In this document: piece after piece, positions 32,666 through 42,738 of the stretch
Layout: each line of letters opens with the position of its first letter
Numbering within the stretch: position 1 is the first letter of the stretch
Assembly: GCA_035285125.1 (NCBI GenBank)
Contig: JAYKHR010000045.1
Location: 110,412 to 174,411 of the forward strand
Direction: 5' to 3'
Source of the DNA: Candidatus Sericytochromatia bacterium
GTDB taxonomy: Bacteria > Cyanobacteriota > Sericytochromatia > S15B-MN24 > JAQBPE01
Length of the DNA: 64,000 nucleotides
Translations under genes and position numbers: made by a program
Notes under the pieces: model-generated
Told to the model about the DNA's origin: nothing
Seen by the model: only the letters and a program-made list of their open reading frames with translations
The model's database searches: none

Positions 32666-35596
32666 TCAGTAGCTCCCGGCCGGCAGGATGTGCACGAGGT
32701 TGCTGCCCGAGTCTGCGATGGCGAGCCGGCCGTCCGGGAACCAGGCGAGCCCCGTGGGCGTCACGAGGGCCTCCTCGGCGTCCGGATTCGCGAAGCGCCT
32801 CCCGCCGGGCCCGGCCACCGTGGTGATGACGCCCGCCGGCGTGATGCGGCGGATGCGCGTCGGCAAGACGGGCAGCAGCCCGAGATCGATCGGGAAGTCG
32901 CGCCCGAGCAGCGGCACCAGGGCGTCCAGGTTGCGGGTGCCGGCCTCGCACACGTACACGTTGCCCGCGGCATCGAACGCGATGCCCGTCGGCACGCCGA
33001 GCATCGCCTCGCGGGCGGGGCGCCCCTCCTCGTCCGGCAGCGTCGGGTCCTGCGCGAGGCGCCCCAGCACCTCGCTGACGTGCAGGCCGGCGAACACCTC
33101 CAGCGTGGGGCTGGCCGTGCCGAAGCCCCGCACGCGGTAGACCTGCATGGTGCCGCTGTCCGAGACGTACAGGGCGCCATCCGGCCCGAAGGCGACGCCG
33201 AAGGGCACGATGAGGCGAATGTCGCCCGGTTCGAGGGTGCTCGGGCCGAGCAACAGGTTGCTGATGGCCGAGTTCACGGCCCCCTCCGAGAAGTCCTGGG
33301 CGGCGCCGAGCAGGTGTCGCACCACCGGCGTGCCACCAGCCGTGTCGAGCCACTGCACCTGGCGCACCTTGGCGTTCGCCCAGACGGGCTCGCCGCGGGG
33401 CCCCAGCGTGAGCCCGATCCCCCCTCCGAAGGTGCTGACGTCGCTCCCGACGCTCTCGCCCGGCGCCAGCGGCTTCGCGCCGCGGTCCTGCCCGGCAGCC
33501 GTTTCCATCACGCCGTCCGGGCGCATGCGCCTCAGGACGCCGTTCTGCTCGTCCACCACCCAAAGGCCGCTGGCCCCCCAGGCCACGCCCTTGGGGCCCG
33601 CGAGGCGGGCCTCGGTGGCCGGGCCTCCGTCCCCGCCGTGGCCGGCCACCGTGCCCGCCACCGTCACGAGGCTGTGGCCGTCGAAGGCCCGGATGGTGTG
33701 GCTGCCCACCTCGGAGATGAACAGGCGCTGCTGCCCGTCCAACGCGAGCCCGCCGGGCAGGTTGATCGCGAAGCCCCGGCCCTCCCCGGACTGGAACAGC
33801 GCCTGCGTCCCTGCCACGAGCCGCGGGAGGCCGCCCGGCGGGAGGGAGGCGACCAGGTTGGAGGCCATGTCCGTCACGTGCAGCGTGCCGTCCGGGCCCA
33901 CGCCGAGCCCGCTGGCGCGGCGGAGGCCCAGCGCCCGCAGGGCGTCCGCCTGCGGCAGCGCGGGCCAGCTGCCGTCCGCCGCCACCACCCTGATGCCCTC
34001 GGGGCCGTCGGTGCTCACGTAGACCGTGCCGTCGGGGGCGAGCGCGAGGTCTGCCCACTCTCCCGCGGGCAGCCCCTGCGCGACGGGCTCGAAGCGACCT
34101 GCGCTGAGGCGGCTGACGCGCCCCACCGGCTTGTACCCCTCGGCTGCGGGCGCCGTGCCGACGTGCAGCGCCCAGACCGTGCCCTCGGGGCCTGCTGCCA
34201 GCCCGGTCACGCTGCCCGGCCCCCAGGCCGGGTCCTGGAACACCTCCGTGCGCCCGTCCGGTCGCACCGCGATGAGCCTGGGCGGCGTGAGCTTGGTCTC
34301 TCCGCCGCCGCGCTCCTCCCCCACCCACAAGGTGCCGTCGGGCCCGAGGGCCAACGAGCGGGGCGCGACGCGCATGGCCGTGCGCGGGCCCGCCGGGTCG
34401 CGGCCCTGCGCTCCCGTGCCGAGCCAGGCCTCCGGAGGGGCGCCGGGCGCGAGCCGGTAGACCCGGAAGGCGTTGCGCTGCGTCAGGTACAGGGTGCCAT
34501 CGGGGGCCTCCACGAGGTCCTGCAGGCCCGGGTGGTTCGTCTTGAAGCTGCCGAAGCCCTTGTCCACCAAGGTCTCGAGCGTCCCATCTGCCGCCAGCCG
34601 CCGGACGCGACCGGGGCGAAGCTCCGTCACGAGCAGCCCGCGGGGGGTCGCGACCACGGCCCCGGGGCCGCCCAGCGGGACCTCGGTGGCGAGCCGGCCG
34701 CTGCCGAGCCGGGCCTGGCCGAGCAGCAGGGCCTTGATGTCCTCGGCGACGCGGTCCACGGCGGGGACGCGCTGCCGGAGCTTGGCCGTGATGGCATCGA
34801 GGGTGGCGGCCTGGTGCGCGAAGGCGCCCCTGGCGAAGCCGCGCACGACGTCGAGCTCGCGGTTGAGGCGGTCGCTCTCGGCCCGGGGGAGCTTGTCGAG
34901 GACCGCCTGCTGGCCAGCCACGAGCCCCAGCACGTAGCTGGCGCCGAGCGAGGAGGCCGTGGTGAGCTCCAGGGACGCTTGCTGGGCCCCGTCTTGTGCC
35001 ACGATGGCGGTGAGCTCGCCGCCGTCCCAGAGCCTGATGCGGGCGACGAGGTTTCCGGGGGGCAGCACCGCCTCGAGGCGGAACGCCGCGTCGGAGCCGG
35101 TGGTGGCCGCGAGGGGCTTGCCCGCTTCGTCAACGAGCAGCCGCCCCGTGGCGTCGAAGAGGCGCAGCTCCGCGTCCGCGAGGCCGTAGATGCCCAGGCC
35201 CGCGCCCGCCTGCAGCACCACCCGCCGTGCCGGGCCCGTGAGACCCGCGCCGTTGTTGCCGAGCAGCCGGCCGCCGCTGTTGCTGATAACGCCGCCGCCC
35301 TGGTCGCTGATCAGGCCGCCCCCCTGATCGCTGATCAGGGCCCCCCCCTGATCGCTGATCAGGGCGCCGCCCGGGTGGGCGATCAGCTTCGCCTTGCCCG
35401 TGAGGGTGCTGGCCGTGCCGCGTTGGGGCACGACGACCACCCTCCCCTTGGCCGAGACGGCGCTGGGGAGCACCCGGCCAGGGCGCGAGGCGCCGGCCTT
35501 GGGTCGCGGCCCGCTGGCTGGACCTGCGGCCTGACAGCCGACCAGCAACACCAGCAGGGCCGTGCCGAGCGTCCGAAGCCGGGGGAGGCGCGCCAT
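32666..35596 (-). CDS. Large lipoprotein paralog 1 (mirror copy)
   Basis: Exact reverse-complement twin of 22273..25203, with identical translation in ORF 32666..35830(-). Confidence 0.8.
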   Translation of the reverse strand: MARLPRLRTLGTALLVLLVGCQAAGPASGPRPKAGASRPGRVLPSAVSAKGRVVVVPQRGTASTLTGKAKLIAHPGGALISDQGGALISDQGGGLISDQGGGVISNSGGRLLGNNGAGLTGPARRVVLQAGAGLGIYGLADAELRLFDATGRLLVDEAGKPLAATTGSDAAFRLEAVLPPGNLVARIRLWDGGELTAIVAQDGAQQASLELTTASSLGASYVLGLVAGQQAVLDKLPRAESDRLNRELDVVRGFARGAFAHQAATLDAITAKLRQRVPAVDRVAEDIKALLLGQARLGSGRLATEVPLGGPGAVVATPRGLLVTELRPGRVRRLAADGTLETLVDKGFGSFKTNHPGLQDLVEAPDGTLYLTQRNAFRVYRLAPGAPPEAWLGTGAQGRDPAGPRTAMRVAPRSLALGPDGTLWVGEERGGGETKLTPPRLIAVRPDGRTEVFQDPAWGPGSVTGLAAGPEGTVWALHVGTAPAAEGYKPVGRVSRLSAGRFEPVAQGLPAGEWADLALAPDGTVYVSTDGPEGIRVVAADGSWPALPQADALRALGLRRASGLGVGPDGTLHVTDMASNLVASLPPGGLPRLVAGTQALFQSGEGRGFAINLPGGLALDGQQRLFISEVGSHTIRAFDGHSLVTVAGTVAGHGGDGGPATEARLAGPKGVAWGASGLWVVDEQNGVLRRMRPDGVMETAAGQDRGAKPLAPGESVGSDVSTFGGGIGLTLGPRGEPVWANAKVRQVQWLDTAGGTPVVRHLLGAAQDFSEGAVNSAISNLLLGPSTLEPGDIRLIVPFGVAFGPDGALYVSDSGTMQVYRVRGFGTASPTLEVFAGLHVSEVLGRLAQDPTLPDEEGRPAREAMLGVPTGIAFDAAGNVYVCEAGTRNLDALVPLLGRDFPIDLGLLPVLPTRIRRITPAGVITTVAGPGGRRFANPDAEEALVTPTGLAWFPDGRLAIADSGSNLVHILPAGSY
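35228..35371 (-). repeat. Mirror copy of the paralog-1 octapeptide repeat
   Basis: Exact reverse complement of 22498..22641. Confidence 0.9.
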
Positions 35597-35775
35597 GGCC
35601 CCAACGTACCCCTCGCCAGCGCGCTGAAAACGAGCCCGCGGCGTCGTGAAGCCTCCTGGCAGGGGCTCCGCCGGGACCATGCGGACCTGGCCGTGGCCCG
35701 CATCGGCGACGGTCCGCCGCCCGTCCGGCCGGGGGGTGACCGCCATCGGGACGCCCAGCGCGTCCTTTGCACCTG

Positions 35776-37077
35776 TCAGCCCTCCGGCGTGGGCGCCTCG
35801 CCGCCCGGCAGCACGATCGAGGTGACGCACTGGGCCGGATCGAAGTGCTCCCGCAGCAACGCCTCGGCTTCCTCCCGCGTGAGCCTGGTCAACAACTCGG
35901 GGATGGCGAAGTAGTCGCCGTGCTGGAAGGCGACCTCCGTCACCTGGTTCGCCACGGCCTCCGGGCTGTTGAGCGTGTAGAGGTAGTCCCCGATCTGCTT
36001 GTGGCCGGCCCGCTCGAACTCGTCCGCGGGCAGGCCCTCGCGGCGGAAGGCTTCGACGGCGGCGAGCACGGCCTGCTCGAAGGCGGCCGGGTCGTCCGTC
36101 TCCGTCCCGATGTACGAGTAGCCGAAGCCCTCGCCGAGGTCGTAGTCGTAGGCGAGCATGTCGTCGATGGCGCCCTGGTCGAGCAGGTCCTGGAACAGCG
36201 CGGACGAGCGGCCGAACATCACGTCTTGCAGCAGGCCCATCAGCAGCGTGCGCCGCAGGTGACCCTCCGCAGGCGTCGTCGTCCGGTCTTTCCAGCCGAG
36301 CAGCACCATCGGCCGAGAGACGGCGAGCCGCACGGTGTGCGTCCGGCGCGCGGGCTCAGGCGGCTCGGGTGGGAAGACGCGCGTGATCGGGCGGGCCGGC
36401 GGGAAGGCCTTGCGCGCCTGGTTCTCCCGCACGAGGGCCATGACGCGGTCCGGCGCGAGGTCGCCCACCACGCACAGCCGCATGTTGCTGGGGTGGTAGA
36501 ACGTCTCGTAGCAGGCCATCAGCGTCTCGCGGTCGATGCGGCCGATCGACTCGGCCGTCCCTGCGATGTCGATGCGCACCGGGTTCACGTGGAACAGGTT
36601 CTCGAGCAGGTGCCGGTGGGCCCGCCAGTACGCCATGTCGTCGTACATGCGGATCTCCTGCTCGATGATGCCCTTCTCCTTCTCCACGTTCTCGGGCGTC
36701 AGGTGGGGCCGCTGCACGAAGTCCAGCAGCGTCTCGAGGTTCGTCTCGACCTGGTCGGTGGCGGAGAACAGGTAGGCCGTGCGGTTGTGGCTCGTGAAGG
36801 CGTTGGCGGAGGCGCCCTGGCTCGAGAAGGTGTGGAAGATGTCCCCCCACTCCTCTTCGAACAGCTTGTGCTCGAGGAAGTGCGCGATGCCGTCGGGCAC
36901 CTGGCAGGCGGGCTCTCCCTCCCGCTGGAAGTGGTTGTCGACCGACCCGTAGCGGGTCGTGAAGACGGCGAAGGTCTTCGCGTAGCCGGGCCGCGGCACG
37001 AGCTGGACCACCAGCCCGTTGGGCAGCGTCTCCTCGTACACGGACTCCTTGAGGGTGTCGAAGGTGCGGACTTGCAC
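35776..37077 (-). CDS. M16 zinc metallopeptidase with HxxEH (mirror copy)
   Basis: Exact twin of 20792..22093; identical 433-aa ORF. Confidence 0.9.
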   Translation of the reverse strand: MQVRTFDTLKESVYEETLPNGLVVQLVPRPGYAKTFAVFTTRYGSVDNHFQREGEPACQVPDGIAHFLEHKLFEEEWGDIFHTFSSQGASANAFTSHNRTAYLFSATDQVETNLETLLDFVQRPHLTPENVEKEKGIIEQEIRMYDDMAYWRAHRHLLENLFHVNPVRIDIAGTAESIGRIDRETLMACYETFYHPSNMRLCVVGDLAPDRVMALVRENQARKAFPPARPITRVFPPEPPEPARRTHTVRLAVSRPMVLLGWKDRTTTPAEGHLRRTLLMGLLQDVMFGRSSALFQDLLDQGAIDDMLAYDYDLGEGFGYSYIGTETDDPAAFEQAVLAAVEAFRREGLPADEFERAGHKQIGDYLYTLNSPEAVANQVTEVAFQHGDYFAIPELLTRLTREEAEALLREHFDPAQCVTSIVLPGGEAPTPEG

Positions 37078-37085
37078 GGGACCTC

Positions 37086-38390
37086 CTAGGGGGCGGCCGT
37101 CGGGGCGGGCTGCGCGTCGCGCAGGAAGTACACGGTGTCGAGCCGGAGGGTCTCAGCGGCGGCCGCGACCTCGGGGACGCCGATGGTGGGCAGCACCGCC
37201 GCCAGCGCCTCGTGCGGGTGCTCCCGGCCCGCGACCAGCGCCTCGAAGGCCTGCATGATCAGCCTGCCCGGGCTGTCCTCGACCTCGTGGTGGCCGTGCA
37301 GCATCATGGCGCGCGTCTGTGCGAGCTCCTGCTCCGAGACCTCTCCCCGCCGCATCGCCTCGAGGGCGGCCTCGACGACGGCGACGGCCCGCGGCTCGTT
37401 GGCCACGTCGATGCCGGCCTGGATGAACAGCACGCCCCGGTGGGGGTCGTAGCGCGAGCCCGTGGCGTAGGCCAGGCTCTCCTGCTCCCGCAGCGTCATG
37501 AACAGCTTGGAGTGCGCGAAGGCCCCGAGCACGCCGTTGTACACCGCCATCGCGTGGTAGCCCGGGTCCACGAGCCGCACGGGCGTGCGCAGCCCCACCA
37601 CGAGCTGCCCCTGGTTCACGTCCTGCGCCTCCGTGATCCGGCGCACCGCAGGCGCGACCGGTGGCAGCGGCACGCCTGGCGCCATCGGGGCTTCCACGGG
37701 GCGCCCCGCCCGCAGGCCCTCGAAGGTGAAGACGCGGCGCAGCTCCTCAGCCACTGCGTCGGGGTCGACGTCGCCCACCACGAAGGCATCCATCGTGCTC
37801 TCGGCCAGCAGGCGACCGTACTCGGCCTCCAGCGCCGCCGGGTCGATGGCGGGCAGGTCCTCGATCCGACCCCCGGCGAACAGGCCGTAGGCGTCGCCCG
37901 GGAACATCGCCTCGACGCAGCGGATCCGCGCGTAGGACGCCTTGTTGTTGAAGATGCCCTCGACCCGCTTCCGCAGCGCGTCCTTTTCCAGCTCGACGAA
38001 GGACGCCTTGAGGGCACCGGCCTCCCGCACGGGACGGGTCAGCACCTCGTAGAGTAAGGCGAGGCCCTGCCTCAGCAGCTCGGGGCGGCCCGGGATGTAC
38101 TTGCCGTTGGGCAGCTCGAGGCGGAACTGCACGACCTGTCGATCGCCGAGCTTGTGCACGTCGGCCGTCAGGAATGACCCGTACAGCTGGTCGAGCGCCG
38201 CGTTCATCGACCGCACGCTCGGGTGGGTCGCCGTGCCGCGCGTCAGGACATAGGGCAGCAGGGCCACCCGCGTGACGCGGCCTTGCTCGAGCGGCAGGCG
38301 CATGGTCACGACCACGGTGTTGGTCTTGAACTTGTCCGTGGCAAGCACGTGGAGCCCCATCGACGGGTGCTCGAGGTGTTTGAATCGCAC
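37086..38390 (-). CDS. M16 family protein lacking HxxEH (mirror copy)
   Basis: Exact twin of 19479..20783; identical 434-aa ORF. Confidence 0.85.
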   Translation of the reverse strand: MRFKHLEHPSMGLHVLATDKFKTNTVVVTMRLPLEQGRVTRVALLPYVLTRGTATHPSVRSMNAALDQLYGSFLTADVHKLGDRQVVQFRLELPNGKYIPGRPELLRQGLALLYEVLTRPVREAGALKASFVELEKDALRKRVEGIFNNKASYARIRCVEAMFPGDAYGLFAGGRIEDLPAIDPAALEAEYGRLLAESTMDAFVVGDVDPDAVAEELRRVFTFEGLRAGRPVEAPMAPGVPLPPVAPAVRRITEAQDVNQGQLVVGLRTPVRLVDPGYHAMAVYNGVLGAFAHSKLFMTLREQESLAYATGSRYDPHRGVLFIQAGIDVANEPRAVAVVEAALEAMRRGEVSEQELAQTRAMMLHGHHEVEDSPGRLIMQAFEALVAGREHPHEALAAVLPTIGVPEVAAAAETLRLDTVYFLRDAQPAPTAAP

Positions 38391-38485
38391 GGCTGCCTGC
38401 CTTCTCGCTTCGAAATGAGCGCCAGAAGGGCTATCGTAGCAAACCCCCAGGGGGCGAGCAAGCGGCCAGGCGGGCCTTCAGGGCG

Positions 38486-38905
38486 TCAGGCGGCCTGCAC
38501 GCTACGGGCCTGGAAGCGGAGCAGCACCTCCAGCTGAGGCTCGCGCAGCACCTCTTCCTCGACCAGCAGGGTGCCGAGCGGCTTGCCCGTGGCCCGCTGC
38601 AGCTTCAGCGCGATCGCCACCTGAGAGGGCGTCAGCACCGCGTTCTCGATCAGCAGGTGCCCGAGCGGCTTGCGCGGCCCCGGCGCGACGGCCAGCTGGC
38701 GCTGCAGGTGCAGGTAGGGGCCCAGCGTCTCGGCATCGCAGATCCCGAGTTCCAGCACCACGCGGCCGAAGGGCACGTACCCGACCTCCCCGCGCAGGGC
38801 CTCCCAGGCCTCGACGGCCAGCGCCAGCGTGGCCTCGTCGATCAATCCCTCGCGCTGCATGATCAGGCCGAGCAGCGGCTTGCGGGTCGGCGCGCCAACG
38901 GGCAT
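38486..38905 (-). CDS. Stand-alone MshEN/T2SSE_N-like protein (mirror copy)
   Basis: Exact twin of 18964..19383. Confidence 0.6.
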   Translation of the reverse strand: MPVGAPTRKPLLGLIMQREGLIDEATLALAVEAWEALRGEVGYVPFGRVVLELGICDAETLGPYLHLQRQLAVAPGPRKPLGHLLIENAVLTPSQVAIALKLQRATGKPLGTLLVEEEVLREPQLEVLLRFQARSVQAA

Positions 38906-39266
38906 GGCGGTACTCCTGAGGGGGCGGGGCTGCTTCGGTCGTTGTCCCACCTGGCCGCGCTGGGGTTGCGTGTCACAACTCAGGCTTTGCTGAACCTTAA
39001 CCGGTTGTGCGGACGGGGCCCGATCTTCCGGCCTTCCGGGCGATCTGGTTAACCTTCCATTAATCAGCCAGGTGATGATGCCCGGGCATAACTGAAACAG
39101 GGGGGCGGAGGCTGCTGCGCCGGACCCTCGGGAACTCGGAATCGGTCGGTTCGGGCCCCTTGCCTGCCACGACGGGTTAACACCGAACGGGCACAGGGCA
39201 TGGAGATTGAACCGAAACGTTAAGCGGGGCCATCGGGCTCCCGTCGTGCTGATGAAGGAGGGTCTT

Positions 39267-40643
39267 GTGAGCTCGAACCAAACCAACCCCTGGCTCACGC
39301 GCTACCGGGGGCGCCTCACGCTTACCGCTGCCGCCTTTGCCGTGGCGGCCTGGGGCTGCGCCAACCCCGCGGCAAACCTGGGTGGCAACCAGACGCAGGG
39401 GGTCGCCCCCCGCGGCACCGGCACCGTCAACCAGGGCAAGGGTGGCCCGCAGTTCCTCTCTCCTGAGGACGTCCCCGGCCTGAAGGCGCCTGGCAAGACG
39501 GACACGGCCGCGGGCCCGGCGCCCGGGACGGCCGGACAGGTGGCAGGCCCTGCCGGGACGACCCCAGGCGCTGCGGGAGCTGCAGGTGCGCTGCCCGACT
39601 ACGCGCCGCCGACCCAACCCGTGGTGGTCAACGCGGCGGCTGCGCCGGGCTTCACCGACGTGCCCGTCTCCAACCTGCCCTTCAACGCGGCCAAGCCGCT
39701 CACCGAGGCCGTCAACTGGACGCGCCCCTCGGTCTATGTCGACCCCAAGGTGGGTGAGGTCTTCCCGAAGGGCGGCGATGCCACCATCGTCGGACGGATC
39801 ATCGACGACAAGGGCAATCCCGCGGCGAACGTCCCTGTGATGACGGAGCTCCAGCAGACCACCACCAACGCTGACGGCTGGTACCAGATCAAGGCCAAGC
39901 CCTCGCCGGCTTCCCCCATCCGCGTCGGCTCGAACGCGGCTGGCTACGTGCCCTTTGACGACTTCCTCGGCGTCTACCCCAACGAGACCGCCACCTACCA
40001 CACGCAGGTGCTGCGGCTCGACCGGCAGGTCACCCGCATCAACATCGCGCAGGGCGGCGTGGCGCACAGCACGCCCCTGACGGGCACCGTGGCGGCGGGC
40101 GTCACCAACGCCTCCGTGCTGGACCCTGCGCGGGCCTTCGGCTTGTTCGCCGCGCTGACGGACGAGGAGCTGTACACGGTGTATATGGAGGTCCCCGCGG
40201 GGGCGCTTCAGATGCCCGACGGGGAGGAAGAGACCGAAATCCGCCTGACGTGGCTCAACCCCCTGCCGCGCGACGGCAAGCCCTACGGCGACCTGTACGG
40301 TCCGCTTCAGACCTACACGCTCTGGAACGACTCGACGCAGTCCCCGACCCCGACCGATCAGATCGCCCCCTTCCTGCCCGTCAACTTCGCCGACCTCGAC
40401 CTCGGCGGCGCCGTGATCAAGCCGGGCGCGGAGGTCAAGGTGAAGTGGGTCGTCGGCAAGGAGGTCGAGAGGCAGTACCCGATCTCGCTGACCAACGGCC
40501 AGGCCTTCTTCCCCTGCTACCAGTACGACTTCGGGACCGGCTGGACGAAGCCCGTGCTCGCCACCGTGTTCCAGGAGCGCGGGTACTTCTGGGCGACCTA
40601 CACGATGCGTGGCTCCAACTCGCCGGCGGTGGTGACGAACTAG
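39267..40643 (+). CDS. Lipoprotein with a CarboxypepD_reg-like segment (mirror copy)
   Basis: Exact twin of 17226..18602. gatGAAGGAGGgtcttGTG was read directly at 39251-39269. Confidence 0.65.
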   Translation: MSSNQTNPWLTRYRGRLTLTAAAFAVAAWGCANPAANLGGNQTQGVAPRGTGTVNQGKGGPQFLSPEDVPGLKAPGKTDTAAGPAPGTAGQVAGPAGTTPGAAGAAGALPDYAPPTQPVVVNAAAAPGFTDVPVSNLPFNAAKPLTEAVNWTRPSVYVDPKVGEVFPKGGDATIVGRIIDDKGNPAANVPVMTELQQTTTNADGWYQIKAKPSPASPIRVGSNAAGYVPFDDFLGVYPNETATYHTQVLRLDRQVTRINIAQGGVAHSTPLTGTVAAGVTNASVLDPARAFGLFAALTDEELYTVYMEVPAGALQMPDGEEETEIRLTWLNPLPRDGKPYGDLYGPLQTYTLWNDSTQSPTPTDQIAPFLPVNFADLDLGGAVIKPGAEVKVKWVVGKEVERQYPISLTNGQAFFPCYQYDFGTGWTKPVLATVFQERGYFWATYTMRGSNSPAVVTN

Positions 40644-40712
40644 GGCGGCCCGCCCCTCTCGTTCGTCCGACAGCTGCAGAGCTTGCCTGATTCAAGTCGA
40701 AAGGAAGATTCC

Positions 40713-41465
40713 ATGCTTCAGATGTTCAACCGCCGCACCCTCGTGCTGGCTTGCGCCACCCTCGTCGGCTCCACCCTGCTCCCCGCCATCCCGGCCGAGG
40801 CCGGCATGGGCACGGGCCGCAACCCGCCCCCCCCGCCGCCGCCGGCCAACATCTCCAACCGGCTCTACGAGGGTTCGAGTGACTCGAACCTGGGCGCCAA
40901 GGGCTTCCCTGGCATCACGGTGCTGCACTACCGGTCCTCGTACGACGGCCGGACCTCTACCACCACCACCAACAACGGCGCCTTCAAGTACACCATCCGG
41001 CAGGGTGACGCCGTCGGTCACCGGGCCCGCATGTTCGGCATCAGCAGCGGCTACGTCACGGGCGACATCATCATCGCCACGGACGCCGTGGTCCGCTTCA
41101 CGGTCGCGAGCAACGAGCCCGACTTCAACCAGCTCGCCGGGTCCGGCATGGTGACCAAGTGGAAGATGGACTACATCTTCCGGCGCGGTGGCGCCAGCCC
41201 CGAGAACTATAGCGGCGACGTCTCGCTCGACTACGCCAACCGGGCCTTCAGCCAGCGATTCGTCCCGCGCAACCTGACGGCCCAGCCCACCGTCGAGCCG
41301 CCGCCGAAGGTCACCTTCGAACTCAAGAACCTCGTGGGCACGGACGACTCGGGCCGGCCGCTGCTCCGATGGGTCGATGAGCCTGCCGCGGGCATCAGGG
41401 ACCTGGCCCCCGGCGAGAACTTCACGATGACGCTCAAGAGGTTCATCGCCGTCGTGGAGAAGTGA
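40713..41465 (+). CDS. Secreted hypothetical protein, 250 aa (mirror copy)
   Basis: Exact twin of 16404..17156. AAGGAAGattccATG was read at 40701-40715. Confidence 0.6.
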   Translation: MLQMFNRRTLVLACATLVGSTLLPAIPAEAGMGTGRNPPPPPPPANISNRLYEGSSDSNLGAKGFPGITVLHYRSSYDGRTSTTTTNNGAFKYTIRQGDAVGHRARMFGISSGYVTGDIIIATDAVVRFTVASNEPDFNQLAGSGMVTKWKMDYIFRRGGASPENYSGDVSLDYANRAFSQRFVPRNLTAQPTVEPPPKVTFELKNLVGTDDSGRPLLRWVDEPAAGIRDLAPGENFTMTLKRFIAVVEK

Positions 41466-41478
41466 CGGGACATCCACC

Positions 41479-42729
41479 TTGGCACCTCGAACCCTGACCT
41501 CTGACAGGCTTCGGAAGGCGTGGGCGTGGGGGCTTGCAGCCCTCACGCTCGGCTTTTTGAGCCCGGCGCCCGCGGGGCATGCCAGGCCGGCCGCGCCGGA
41601 CCTGCGGGGCCCCTTGGTCTTCGTCTCCAACGTCTTCGAGGGCACCGTCACCATCATCGAGCCGGCGCGCAACCGGGTCCGCAAGGTGGCGACGGGGGCC
41701 CTGCCGCACAACTGGTCCCGCTCGCCAGATGGGCGTGAGGTCGTGGTCATGAACACGGGCTCGGAGAGCGTGTCGTTCTTCGATGGCCGCACCGGCGAGT
41801 TCAAGCGCCACATGCTGGTGGCCCCCATCCCGAAGATTCCTCCCCATGAGGCCCTGGGGCCTGCCAAATTCGCCGGCAAGACCAGCTGTCACGAGTGCCA
41901 CGGGCAGGCGAACCTGGGCCGCCTCTCGGCCCAGGCCCTCTACACCCGCGACGGGCGGTCGCTCTGGACGGTGCCGTTCAGCCCGCCGGGGGTGGTGCGC
42001 GTCGACGCGCGCACGGGGCAGCACCTCGAACGCCTGGAGGTCGCCCCGTTCCCCTTCGACACCCAGGTGTCCAGCCTGAACTACACGCCCGACGGCAAGG
42101 AGCTCGTCGTGCTGCACCGGCGGCGCGGCAAGTCGGGGCTGCCGATGGAGGGGGCGACGGGCAACGGTACCGTGCCCGTCACGCGCTTCGACCACGACTC
42201 GCCGCCGGGCAACCGGGCCAGCGGCATCACCTTCCACACGGCCGACGGGCGCCGCGAGCTCGGGCGGCTCATCGTGCCGCTCACGATGCCCTACAAGGTC
42301 GACTTCAGCCGGGACGGCCGCTTCATGTACGCGGCCTACCGCTCGACCAACAAGGTGGTCGAGATTGACGTGGCCAAGCGGCAGATCGCCCGCACCCTGG
42401 TGGTGGGGGAGGGCCCCCACAACGCGGTGGTGGACAAGCGTGACGGCAAGTGGCTGTACGCCCCGAGCTTCTACGACGAGCCGCCCGAGGTGGTCAAGGT
42501 GGAGCTTGCGACGGGCAAGGTGCGCGCGCTGCTGCCGGCCAAGGTCTCTCCGGCCATGGTGGCGCAGGACCCCGACACGGGCCTGCTCTACGTCGTGGCC
42601 AACGCCACCAACCGCGTGCTCGAGCTCGATCCCAGGGGCAAGGGCAAGCTGCTGCGCGAGTGGGGCGCAGGAATGTTTCCCCTCGACATCCTGGTGGTCG
42701 CGGAGAGCGAGCGACGGGCCGTTCGCTGA
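41479..42729 (+). CDS. Secreted beta-propeller protein with a CXXCH motif (mirror copy)
   Basis: Exact twin of 15140..16390. tgt cac gag tgc cac lies at 41887-41901. Confidence 0.75.
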   Translation: MAPRTLTSDRLRKAWAWGLAALTLGFLSPAPAGHARPAAPDLRGPLVFVSNVFEGTVTIIEPARNRVRKVATGALPHNWSRSPDGREVVVMNTGSESVSFFDGRTGEFKRHMLVAPIPKIPPHEALGPAKFAGKTSCHECHGQANLGRLSAQALYTRDGRSLWTVPFSPPGVVRVDARTGQHLERLEVAPFPFDTQVSSLNYTPDGKELVVLHRRRGKSGLPMEGATGNGTVPVTRFDHDSPPGNRASGITFHTADGRRELGRLIVPLTMPYKVDFSRDGRFMYAAYRSTNKVVEIDVAKRQIARTLVVGEGPHNAVVDKRDGKWLYAPSFYDEPPEVVKVELATGKVRALLPAKVSPAMVAQDPDTGLLYVVANATNRVLELDPRGKGKLLREWGAGMFPLDILVVAESERRAVR

Positions 42730-42738
42730 CGGCCCGTC
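42713..42738. terminator. Mirror copy of the convergent-gene hairpin
   Basis: Exact reverse complement of 15131..15156. Confidence 0.35.
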